Under the pieces are notes generated by a model. It ran no database searches. It saw nothing but the letters and a program-made list of their open reading frames with translations, and was not told where the DNA came from. This document shows positions 38,409 through 46,355 of a stretch of 61,726 nucleotides of DNA, piece after piece (positions within the stretch are counted from its first letter, which is position 1; every line of letters starts with the position of its first letter). The stretch lies in the UHGV virus genome UHGV-0342951, one strand, 5' to 3'. This DNA comes from a virus. The position numbers and the translations under genes are program-made.

Positions 38409-38506
38409 GTTTCAACCCACAGTCGCCGCGTCTGAATACGGGAGGGTCTTGTGAGAGGTGTGGCTCACCAGGTTTCAATCCGCAGTCGCCGCGTTCGCCG
38501 ACTGAC
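38409..38506 (-). repeat. Two tandem units (period 61 bp) each carrying a CRISPR type I-C-like repeat segment; one full 35-mer and one truncated 22-mer
   Basis: On the minus strand: GTCAGTCGGCGAACGCGGCGACTGCGGATTGAAACC, then 40 nt, then CGCGGCGACTGTGGGTTGAAACC. Each is followed by the identical TGGTGAGCCACACCTCTC, and then comes the terminator. Confidence 0.5.
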
Positions 38507-38905
38507 TTCACAGGAATGTATCCGGTCCCTGCACCATCCCGGGCGTATCACCCTAGTTTCACCCGGGACAGCGTTCAGGCAATTTTGGTTGTACCCCAGG
38601 GGCGTGCCTTAGTCAACAGTAAGCCGTATCCAGTGTGCCTTTTCTTTTGGCGGGGTCGTCCGTCTACAGATGCCCCTGGGGTACAAAATCAATATTGCAG
38701 CGGCGGCGGAGAAAACATCTCCATCTGTGTCAAGTCGTAAAATCTGGTGCCCCGCCCCATCAGCTCAACCGCAGGCGGTATGGGGCGGGGACTTTAAGTT
38801 TGGCGTTCCAGGGTCGGCGTCCGGTCGCGTACCCCAGAAACATATCGGGTGTGCAGTCACCCGACGACAAACAACACAAAACGACACATCGTCTTGCTGT
38901 TGGCT

Positions 38906-38993
38906 GTTTCAATCCGCACGACCCCTATCCGCCGACTGACTCCGCAGCCGACGGATAGGGGTCGTGCGGATTGCCCCTCCCTAAAGGGAGAGG
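38906..38993 (-). repeat. 87-bp composite element, copy 1 (minus sense): CCTCCCT hairpin, 22-bp arm and a type I-C-like 35-mer that together form a perfect long palindrome
   Basis: Minus strand reads CCTCTCCCTTTAGGGAGGGG-CAATCCGCACGACCCCTATCCG-tcggctgcggagtcagt-CGGATAGGGGTCGTGCGGATTG-AAAC. The first 46 nt after the hairpin are identical to those in copy 2. Confidence 0.55.
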
Positions 38994-39087
38994 TTACGGA
39001 AAAGGATTTCATCGGCTCCGCCGTCTTGTCAACCACTCTTTTCCCTGAAGGGGGAGGTTTCAAACCACAAAGGAATTTTTGATGAAC

Positions 39088-39753
39088 CTACTCGGAAGAA
39101 TCCTCAGCGTCAAGAACTTTCGGAGCCAGGGCCAGAATCTTGTGCATGGCCTGCCGCAGATAGGCGGCCTCCCACTCAGCGTCGCACAGAGCATGGTGTG
39201 CGATGGCAGTATCAGGAACTTCGACGGTGATGCCCATGGCCTTCGCCACCAGCTCCACGGTCCTGAGCGACTGGTTGTTCCGGTAGGTCCACACCTTCGA
39301 CAAGAAAGCGGAATCATCATAGCACGCAATCGCATCACGCCAGATGACATTATCGAACTCCGGTCCCTTTCCCCAGAACTGCACATCGGCGCAGGACATC
39401 AGGTCAGGGTCCGGCATGACCCAGCCCACAAAATCCACCACTGCCCGCCGCAGGGTACAAGCATCAGCATGGAACACCGCTTCCCGTGCAGCAGGACTGG
39501 TCTTCAGGGCCCACCACTGCACCGTAGCAAAATCCATGGCCCGGCCCGGCTGGGCGTCACCACGAATGGCACGATAGAACCTGCCGATGACTTCATAGTG
39601 TTCGTCGAGGGCCACAGCACCGATGGCGATGATGACAGGTCTGAGACCCAATCCGAGGGTTTCGATGTCGATGACCACATGCGACAGAGTGCTGTCCATA
39701 CATATGTGTTCGGTCAGCCACCCCCGTTCGATACCATATCCTTCCTTATTCAT
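39088..39753 (-). CDS. 3'-5' exonuclease, DnaQ-like DEDDh family
   Basis: VVIDIETLGL is the Exo I motif (D-x-E) and HHALCDAEWEA is the Exo III motif (H-x4-D). A GGAGG RBS precedes MNKEGYG. Confidence 0.8.
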   Translation of the reverse strand: MNKEGYGIERGWLTEHICMDSTLSHVVIDIETLGLGLRPVIIAIGAVALDEHYEVIGRFYRAIRGDAQPGRAMDFATVQWWALKTSPAAREAVFHADACTLRRAVVDFVGWVMPDPDLMSCADVQFWGKGPEFDNVIWRDAIACYDDSAFLSKVWTYRNNQSLRTVELVAKAMGITVEVPDTAIAHHALCDAEWEAAYLRQAMHKILALAPKVLDAEDSSE

Positions 39754-39893
39754 GTATGCCTCCTGGTGTTTCCGAGGTATATACAATAACAGCCGCAATA
39801 CATCAAGGGGATAATAAAAATTTTTCCCGGCAGACGTGAATATATTCGAGGGTGGGGGCCTGTCCAGATGGGGTGGGGGGAGGAAGTAATTTG

Positions 39894-39979
39894 TAATAGT
39901 GATGCATAGTAGGAGAGTTACGAAGGTGGAGGGAGGACGTTGGAATAGTAATGCATAGTAGGAAAGTTATGAAGGTGGA
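39894..39979. promoter_or_regulatory. Two 37-bp direct repeats (AATAGTRATGCATAGTAGGARAGTTAYGAAGGTGGAG) in the divergent early control region; operator candidate
   Basis: Copies at 39894..39930 and 39943..39979. The related ATGCATAGTAAAGCATAGTAAG lies at 38317..38340 in the dut promoter region. Confidence 0.4.
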
Positions 39980-40436
39980 GAAGGTTGTGAGTGCAACACA
40001 GAGTATATGTTTTCTCTACAGGTCAGCGAAACCGCCGTCCAAACCCACCCGGCCCTCGCCGAACGCGCCGCCTGCCTCGCGCCCAGGCCACCGCCTAAGT
40101 ACCTGAAATCATTGAACTTTCTTGTTTACAAAATACGTTATTGACACAACCCCTTGTCTGTGACAGTCTAACCTTAACAGGAAGAAGGAACCGCCTAGCG
40201 GACAGCCTCCCCTGCCTTGCTCTTTGACAATGCGGCCTGCCCGCCCATCCGCCTTGCGCCTTCCAGCGCCTAGGCGCCCACAAGCGCCCCCCTCGCGTCT
40301 GCCATCGTGCCACGTCGACAGGGGGCAGGGTGCCCGCCGGAAGACCACGCAAGGGGCACGGATGAACCGGCACAGCGCAGGCCAGACATAGGGACACCAC
40401 ACGGAAGCGGGACGGGCTGGAAATGGAGGTACTACC

Positions 40437-41126
40437 ATGACCCAGACCCAGACCCAGACCCAGACCCAGACCCAGACCCAGACCCAGACCCAGACCAGCA
40501 AGCCCAGCGCCGTACCCACGGCCAAGGTCTTCCAGACGTATGTCGACGAACTGGTGGCCGCCGGTGCCGCCGTCGAAAAGGCCGCTGCCCGCATTGCGCT
40601 GGCCGCTGCCCGGCAAGCGGCGCATCGGTCAAGTCTCGGCTACCTGAACGCCGCACACGCCGCCTTCAAGGCGTGCCACGTCAATTGCACGGCGCAGTTG
40701 ACCAAGTATGCGCTTGGCCTGTTCGGCGGCCTCGCTGCCGATGACAAGGGCAAGCCCATGATTGCGCGGTCAAAGTCCATCCTGCGCCTCACCGATGCGC
40801 AGGAACGGAAGCAGAACGGCGGCGACGCTTTTGCGTGGGCTGCCGAAAAGATCAGCCCCGAAGCCAAGGAAGAACTTGCCCGGGCACGCCGCGCGCTGGC
40901 GCACCCTGACTTCGCGGACTTCCTGTCCGCGCCTACAGCCGAGGCCAAGTATATCAAGGAAGACGGCTTGACCGCTTCGGAACGTGAGCTGCTGGCGTTG
41001 CTCAACTGGGCACGCCGTAACAACAAGTCGTCGATGGCAAAGCGCGCCGGTGAGCGCGGCTACGCGGAGCTGCAGAACGCGCTCCGTACCGTCAAGGCCA
41101 TGTTCAAGGAATTCAACGAAGAATAA
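40437..41126 (+). CDS. First early-operon protein (229 aa): (TQ)9 N-terminus followed by an Ala-rich helical protein
   Basis: GGAGGT RBS 8 nt upstream. The antisense ORF 40095..40625 (GLGLGL...) is judged spurious. Confidence 0.6.
   Translation: MTQTQTQTQTQTQTQTQTQTSKPSAVPTAKVFQTYVDELVAAGAAVEKAAARIALAAARQAAHRSSLGYLNAAHAAFKACHVNCTAQLTKYALGLFGGLAADDKGKPMIARSKSILRLTDAQERKQNGGDAFAWAAEKISPEAKEELARARRALAHPDFADFLSAPTAEAKYIKEDGLTASERELLALLNWARRNNKSSMAKRAGERGYAELQNALRTVKAMFKEFNEE
40439..40496 (+). repeat. Hexanucleotide microsatellite (ACCCAG)9 encoding (TQ)9 immediately after the start codon
   Basis: Perfect 9-unit tandem repeat seen directly in the sequence. Confidence 0.9.
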
Positions 41127-41129
41127 AAA

Positions 41130-42210
41130 CGCAGCCCTCCCGCTTCCATGTGGTGCCCCTATGGCTGGGATTCCCGCCTGAGTGATAGGTAAACGATGGA
41201 ACCGCACATGGTGGTGCGCTCCAGTAATCTGGTGCGTCCAGTGTGAACATGTGCGGCAAGTGTCGTGTGGTGTGAAGACACGACACAAAGGGCCGATGTC
41301 TGACAAGCATACTGCGTGTGCGAGTCATACATAGCGGCCCATGTTTGACTAGCACACGGCGTTAAATTATTATGTCGTGTGCTAGTCAAATAATTATTGC
41401 CTACGCAGGAATGCTCACGGAAGTTGTATGACAGGCCGTGTGCGCCTACGCAGAAATGCTCGCGGAAGTTGTACGACATGCCGTGTGCGCCTACGCAGGA
41501 ATGCTCGCGGAAGTCGAAAGGAAAAACAACTTACGTTAAATTTAATAAGTTTTCCTAATAAGAAAATCGTCTTTTTCGTGAGTGAATTTTTACGATTTTT
41601 GCTTGATTTTTACTCACGCGAAAGTTTAGCTCACAGATAAGTGCAGGTGTAAAACTTTTGCGTTAGTGCCAAACTTTCGCGTGAATGCAGCACAAAAACT
41701 GCATGATGCAGGATAAAAATTACGTTGCATTCTAAAATGTAAGGCAAACTCACTCAAAAGTTTGGCACTAACGCAAAAGTTTCACAGTTTGACTTTCGCG
41801 TGAAAATGAACTTTCAATCTTCTATGCGTTTTCCTGCGTAGGCTGCATGTCACCAAACACCAAGGGAGAGATAAAGAAAAAAGTAAATAATAATAATATA
41901 TTATATATTATATATATATTATATATATTCTTCCTTCTCATGTAAGAAATTTCTTTTGATTTTTTCTGCCAATTTTTGGGCTTTTTCTGGGGATTTTTTC
42001 GAGGTGGAGAATGTTATGCGTTTTTCGCTTTTGCACATGTCTTTTGTGCTGTTTTCCGCCTTCCTCGAAATCTTGGCCGTTTTATCTCAGATTGCCGTAA
42101 AACTTTCAAACTTCTATGCGTAACCCTCTCTACCGTCGAAACCTTCTCCACTTCGCCACCTACGCATACAAGTTTTCAACCCTAAAAAGTGTCGAGGGAG
42201 GACACACAAA
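41130..42210. promoter_or_regulatory. 1.1-kb non-coding control block: origin-of-replication candidate and early promoter region
   Basis: Contains a 15-bp perfect inverted repeat (41344..41390), 2.7 iterons of 45 bp (41399..41516), further inverted and direct repeats of TTCGCGTGA and CTTTTGCGTTAGTGCCAAACTTT, a (TA)n tract at 41885..41929 and phased T-tracts at 41950..42080. Confidence 0.45.
41399..41516. repeat. Iteron-like direct repeats (GCCTACGCAGGAATGCTCGCGGAAGTTGTACGACATGCCGTGTGC, 2.7 copies, period 45)
   Basis: Seen directly; an inverted partial copy CCTGCGTAGG lies at about 41835. Confidence 0.8.
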
Positions 42211-42495
42211 ATGGCCGTGAAGTTGTATCGTTTGATTAACGCCAGTAAGACCCGAAAAGGACGTGCGGCATGGCGGCTTGACGAGGTGATGTATCCGGCA
42301 AGCCTCCCCTGCAATCCGGTAATGCCGGATGAATTGCAGGCGGCAATCTGGAAACAGCTCGACGAAGAATCTTGGTTCCCGCCCATCGTGGCGTTCGAGT
42401 GGCACGACGGGAATCTGTACTTGGTGCAGCATCCGCGTAACAACAGCACCGTAGAACAGGTGCTGACCGCGTGGCGCAAGACGAATGCTGACTAA
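42211..42495 (+). CDS. Hypothetical protein (94 aa)
   Basis: ORF in the track; first gene after the control block. Confidence 0.5.
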   Translation: MAVKLYRLINASKTRKGRAAWRLDEVMYPASLPCNPVMPDELQAAIWKQLDEESWFPPIVAFEWHDGNLYLVQHPRNNSTVEQVLTAWRKTNAD

Positions 42496-42541
42496 CATTC
42501 ACCCCGGCCCTTCTTCGGGCCGGGTTTTTGGAGAAAGCCCT

Positions 42542-42961
42542 ATGAAGAAGATTGAACTGAAGTTGTCCGACATCCGTTCTGTGATGGAAGAAACCTACAG
42601 GCACATCGGCAAGGTTACGGGCCACGACGATGTCGACCTCACCAAAGAACAGCATCATTCCCGTGTCATCCCCACTCCGAAGAGCGAAGCCTCCAACGAA
42701 GAGGTGCTGGTGTGCTGGAGTGCTGCCTCTGCGGCTTCCAGCGCTGACGAGTTGACGCCGAACGACTTCGACGCTGGCCTGCTGCTGACAGGACATGCCG
42801 AACCCGAAGTTACTGGCGCCATCATCCTGACCCTGTGTGACAGGCTGCTCAAGGTCGGCGTCGAAGCCGGGGCCTTCCCCGACATTCGCGTGCCGCTGGC
42901 TATGCTGGCGTCGAGCATCATCCCGGACATGTCCGATGATGACAGGTGCGGCCATGCCTAG
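42542..42961 (+). CDS. Hypothetical protein (about 139 aa; start at MKKIELK)
   Basis: GGAGA RBS upstream of the internal ATG. Confidence 0.5.
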   Translation: MKKIELKLSDIRSVMEETYRHIGKVTGHDDVDLTKEQHHSRVIPTPKSEASNEEVLVCWSAASAASSADELTPNDFDAGLLLTGHAEPEVTGAIILTLCDRLLKVGVEAGAFPDIRVPLAMLASSIIPDMSDDDRCGHA

Positions 42962-43136
42962 CGGTATCCCCAGCTTGTATATCGACCTCAACAGCGGCGA
43001 GGTCTTCCTCGGCCTCGCCGCTGTGCGTCTGGCGCGGCCCGGCGCGTTCATCGTCCCTGTGTCCTGGGATGACCCTGACCTCAACCCTGCTGACCCTGCC
43101 ACTTGGGCAGGCTATATGGAGAAGCACCATGTGTAG
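42957..43136 (+). CDS. Small hypothetical protein (about 59 aa)
   Basis: ATG overlaps the upstream stop. Translationally coupled small ORF. Confidence 0.3.
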   Translation, partial: PSGIPSLYIDLNSGEVFLGLAAVRLARPGAFIVPVSWDDPDLNPADPATWAGYMEKHHV

Positions 43137-43458
43137 ACCAAACAACAAGATTTCCAAGGCCGCTGCGCAGGCGTTCATCGAGCGCCGTCCCTTCCGCCGG
43201 GACAACACGGAAGTCGTCGTCACTTCCCCCTCCTGCGCCGTGTTGAAGTTGCACGGCCACGTCATCGGCGAGAACTCCGCGTCCCGTGGGATGCATCTGA
43301 CGATGGCTGGGTGGGGCACCATGACCACGGCGGCCCGGCTCAATGCCGTCATGCAGGCCCTGGGGCTGGGCATCCGCTGGTTCCGCAAGAACTGGGAGTG
43401 GCACTACGGCGACAGGGTGCTGGAGAGCACGAACGAAGTCGTGGAAGTAGAGGTGTAA
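43129..43458 (+). CDS. Hypothetical protein (about 109 aa; start at MCRPNNK)
   Basis: GGAGAAG RBS. The ATG overlaps the upstream stop. Confidence 0.4.
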   Translation: MCRPNNKISKAAAQAFIERRPFRRDNTEVVVTSPSCAVLKLHGHVIGENSASRGMHLTMAGWGTMTTAARLNAVMQALGLGIRWFRKNWEWHYGDRVLESTNEVVEVEV

Positions 43459-43459
43459 C

Positions 43460-44419
43460 ATGGAATACTGCCTCTACGACTTCGGTGAGATTTTCACCGG
43501 CAAGAAGTCGGGTAAGCTCGTGCCCGGCTTCACCGGCGACCCTGTGCATCCGCTGGCTCCGGCCTGCGTGGCCGACTATGAGTACCCGGCGTGGGCCCGT
43601 GACGTGTTCCTGTGGTGGTGCGGCGAGAAGCCCGAGCCGTTGTACATCGGCGGCCCGACGGGCTGCGGCAAGTCAAGCCTTATCCGGCAGGTGGCGAGCC
43701 GCCTGCTCTACCCTGTCTATGAGGTGACGGGGCACAGCAGGCTGGAGACTCCCGAGCTTGTCGGCCATCATGCCCTGAAGGACGGCGCCACTGTCTGGGT
43801 GGACGGCCCGCTCACCTCAGCCATGCGGCATGGTGGCATATTCTTAATCGACGAAGTGGACTTGCTCGACCCGGGCACGGCCACTGGTCTGAACACTGTG
43901 CTCGACGGCGCTCCCCTGTGCATTCCTGACACGGGAGAGACTGTCATACCCCATCCCGGGTTCCGGTTCGTCGCCACGGCGAACACCTTCGGCGACGGTG
44001 ACATGTCGGGCAGGTATCAGGGCACGCTGCGGCTGAACGCCGCCTTCATGGACAGGTTCGTGGTGCTTGAGGCCACGTTCCTGCCCGAAGTCGCGGAGCT
44101 GCGCCTGCTCGCCCGTCGCACCCCGTCGCTGCCGGAAGAACTGCGCAAGGGCATGGTGCGGCTGGCGGGCATGGTGCGCGACCAGTCGAAGCTGCCCAGC
44201 GATGTGCCCCGGGCCCAAGCCCTCGAAGGCATGACCTTCTCGACCCGCACGCTGCTCAGGTGGGCGACGTGGACGGAGGCGTGCAGACCGCAGGCCATGC
44301 GGGCCGGTGAAGCCCCTGTGGCGTATGCGCTCACGAGAGCGCTGGGCAACAGGTGCGGGGAAGGCGGCAAGCGTGTGCTGGATGAACTTGTCCAGCGTGT
44401 GTTAGACATCAACAAGTAG
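43460..44419 (+). CDS. MoxR/CobS-like AAA+ ATPase (AAA_5)
   Basis: Walker A GGPTGCGKSS; Walker B GGIFLIDEVDLL; sensor/arginine region ATANTFGDGDMSGRYQGT. 319 aa. Confidence 0.8.
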   Translation: MEYCLYDFGEIFTGKKSGKLVPGFTGDPVHPLAPACVADYEYPAWARDVFLWWCGEKPEPLYIGGPTGCGKSSLIRQVASRLLYPVYEVTGHSRLETPELVGHHALKDGATVWVDGPLTSAMRHGGIFLIDEVDLLDPGTATGLNTVLDGAPLCIPDTGETVIPHPGFRFVATANTFGDGDMSGRYQGTLRLNAAFMDRFVVLEATFLPEVAELRLLARRTPSLPEELRKGMVRLAGMVRDQSKLPSDVPRAQALEGMTFSTRTLLRWATWTEACRPQAMRAGEAPVAYALTRALGNRCGEGGKRVLDELVQRVLDINK

Positions 44420-44431
44420 GAGGATTGACCT

Positions 44432-44965
44432 ATGGGTATCTACAGTGATGTTGCCCTGGTGATGAACGCCAAGGGTATGGAATGTCTCAACGCGCAGCTC
44501 GAAAAGCTGGACAGGGACATGCGTGATGACGTGCTGGAGTTCCTCGATTGGGCCGACGAAGAGGCCGAGAGCGCGAGCGAATGGTTGCTGTGCTGGCGTG
44601 ACATCAAGTGGTACGGAGACGACACTATCGATGTGCTCGTGGGTATCCTGGATGCGATGCCCAAGGCGTACTACAGGTTCAAGCGCGTTGAAGAGACGGG
44701 CGACACCGAATACTACGGTAGGCTGTGTGGCGAGTTCAACGTCATCGCCGTGCACAAGCTGGAGTGGAGGGATTTGACCGCCGCGCCTGCGCCGACGACG
44801 TACTCTCTGCGACCGCCCGTCATCACGTCTGAGGATGTGGCCGATATGCTCGGCATGACCGTGGCTCAGGCCGAAGAGTTCCTGCTCGATAACAGCACGC
44901 GCATCATCCAGCGCATGGTGGCCTCCGCTTGGTCGGCCATCGCAGACATCAAGCGCAGCATGTGA
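44432..44965 (+). CDS. Hypothetical protein (177 aa)
   Basis: ORF in the track between the AAA+ and vWA genes. Confidence 0.55.
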   Translation: MGIYSDVALVMNAKGMECLNAQLEKLDRDMRDDVLEFLDWADEEAESASEWLLCWRDIKWYGDDTIDVLVGILDAMPKAYYRFKRVEETGDTEYYGRLCGEFNVIAVHKLEWRDLTAAPAPTTYSLRPPVITSEDVADMLGMTVAQAEEFLLDNSTRIIQRMVASAWSAIADIKRSM

Positions 44966-44975
44966 GGATACGACG

Positions 44976-45296
44976 ATGACGCGCAAAGAATACCTCGACC
45001 TTTCCCGTCTCGGCAATGGCATCGAAGCCTTCCACCAGTATTACAGCCAGTTCGTGACGCCGTATGTGACGGAAGTCGTGCGGATGTGCATCGGTGAAGA
45101 CATCATCCGGGCTTCGAAGGACGCGCACTTCAACGACATCCCCATCAAGTTGTGGGACAAGCTCGTTCCGCTTGTCCGTCACGGCATCGCCCGCAAGAAC
45201 GAAGAGCTCAACGGGACGCTGGCCGTATCCGAGTGTGAGTGCGTGTGCACGATGAAGACGGCGGCCCATATCATCAGGAACAGTTTCAACAACTAG
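44976..45296 (+). CDS. Hypothetical protein (106 aa)
   Basis: ORF in the track. Confidence 0.5.
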   Translation: MTRKEYLDLSRLGNGIEAFHQYYSQFVTPYVTEVVRMCIGEDIIRASKDAHFNDIPIKLWDKLVPLVRHGIARKNEELNGTLAVSECECVCTMKTAAHIIRNSFNN

Positions 45297-45308
45297 GAGG
45301 AAAGCACC

Positions 45309-46247
45309 ATGGCCGAAAACAACGTGAGCTACATGAACAACTGCGTGTATCTGAAGCTGGACATCTCCATCTGGACGGGCAAGGCCCGCCTCACCCCCGA
45401 AGACATCCCGAACGCCGTGGTCGACATGCCGCCCGAGGCGTTGGCTACGCTTGGTTCCAAGCGCATCTTCGACCCGCAGGCGTTGCGCCCCTTCAACACG
45501 GCGAAGACCCGGGCGTTCCGCACCTGCGACCAGTACGGTGTGCGCTGCATGGGCGGCTGGCTGGTGGACAACGGCGTCCTCAACAATCTGACTGCCGAGC
45601 TCGACAAGCTGCGCGGAGAGTTTGAATACAGCGTCGGTACGTTCATCTCCACCTATGAGGATGGGGCATCCAACTGGCTCCAGCAGTTTCCCGCATGGGA
45701 GGGCATCATCCGTGCCGCCTTGCCCGACAGCACGGACATCGGGAAGAAGTTCGCGTTCAGGTACTACGTCCTCAAGGTGCAGACCGAGAACCATGATGCC
45801 CAGGATGCGACTTCCGAGGCCCCGTCAACGGCTGCTGCCACCATCGCCGCCGAGATTGCCCGCATCAGGGAGCAGGTGTTTGGCGATGACCGCACGACGC
45901 CCGTGACCAGCAAGACCTTCTGCTGCCTCGACACCCTCGCAGACCGGTGTGACAACATGTCCTTCGTGCATCCCGGCTTTGCCCATCTGGCCCATCTGCT
46001 CCGCAGCATCGTGGTCAACAGCACCAGCGTGGATGTCGTGCGTGCCTTCCTGACTGGGCTCTCCACGCCCGAGGCCGTTGCCGCCGTGACACAGGAGACC
46101 CGCATCTATGACTTCGAGAAGGACAGCCTCGATATGCCCGAGCCTGCTGCTCCCGTGGAGAAGCCCGAGCCTGCGGCCCCCGTCGTCACCAGCCAGCCCA
46201 CCGCTGCCGACGACAGTCTCGCTGCCCTTCTCGCTGACTTCATTTGA
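45309..46247 (+). CDS. Hypothetical protein (312 aa) with a C-terminal PEPAAPV repeat; possibly the conserved partner of phage CobS/CobT-like modules
   Basis: ORF in the track. Any DUF assignment is from memory only and is not verified. Confidence 0.55.
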   Translation: MAENNVSYMNNCVYLKLDISIWTGKARLTPEDIPNAVVDMPPEALATLGSKRIFDPQALRPFNTAKTRAFRTCDQYGVRCMGGWLVDNGVLNNLTAELDKLRGEFEYSVGTFISTYEDGASNWLQQFPAWEGIIRAALPDSTDIGKKFAFRYYVLKVQTENHDAQDATSEAPSTAAATIAAEIARIREQVFGDDRTTPVTSKTFCCLDTLADRCDNMSFVHPGFAHLAHLLRSIVVNSTSVDVVRAFLTGLSTPEAVAAVTQETRIYDFEKDSLDMPEPAAPVEKPEPAAPVVTSQPTAADDSLAALLADFI

Positions 46248-46250
46248 CAT

Positions 46251-46337
46251 CCTCCCTTCAGGGAGGGCCAATCCGCACGACCCCTATCCGTCGGCTGCGG
46301 AGTCAGTCGGCGGACGGGGGCGACTGTGGATTGAAAC
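46251..46337 (+). repeat. 87-bp composite element, copy 2 (plus sense): CCTCCCT hairpin, 22-bp arm and a type I-C-like 35-mer GTCAGTCGGCGGACGGGGGCGACTGTGGATTGAAAC
   Basis: CCTCCCTTCAGGGAGGG-CCAATCCGCACGACCCCTATCCGTCGGCTGCGGAGTCAGTCGGCGGA... is identical over 46 nt to the reverse complement of copy 1. It ends in GGATTGAAAC 9 nt before the RBS of the vWA gene. Confidence 0.55.
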
Positions 46338-46355
46338 ATGTAAGAGGTGACACCT

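Noticed and set aside
38409-38506. Canonical CRISPR array call for the tandem repeat-like units
   Set aside because: There are only two units, and one is truncated. The inter-unit sequence is itself duplicated rather than a unique spacer, and no cas genes or leader are present. I kept it as a repeat-mimic or mini-array candidate instead.
38516-39082. Small ORFs 38516..38740, 38635..38958, 38670..38939, 38849..39082 and 38857..39063 in the structured gap
   Set aside because: They mutually overlap in several frames and lack an RBS. They lie over the palindromic repeat elements and long hairpins, so the region is more likely non-coding RNA or regulatory DNA.
40095-40625. 176-aa minus-strand ORF with a (GL)n run
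   Set aside because: It is the antisense reading of the (ACCCAG)9 microsatellite and the 5' end of the early gene. It has no RBS and overlaps a well-supported plus-strand gene.
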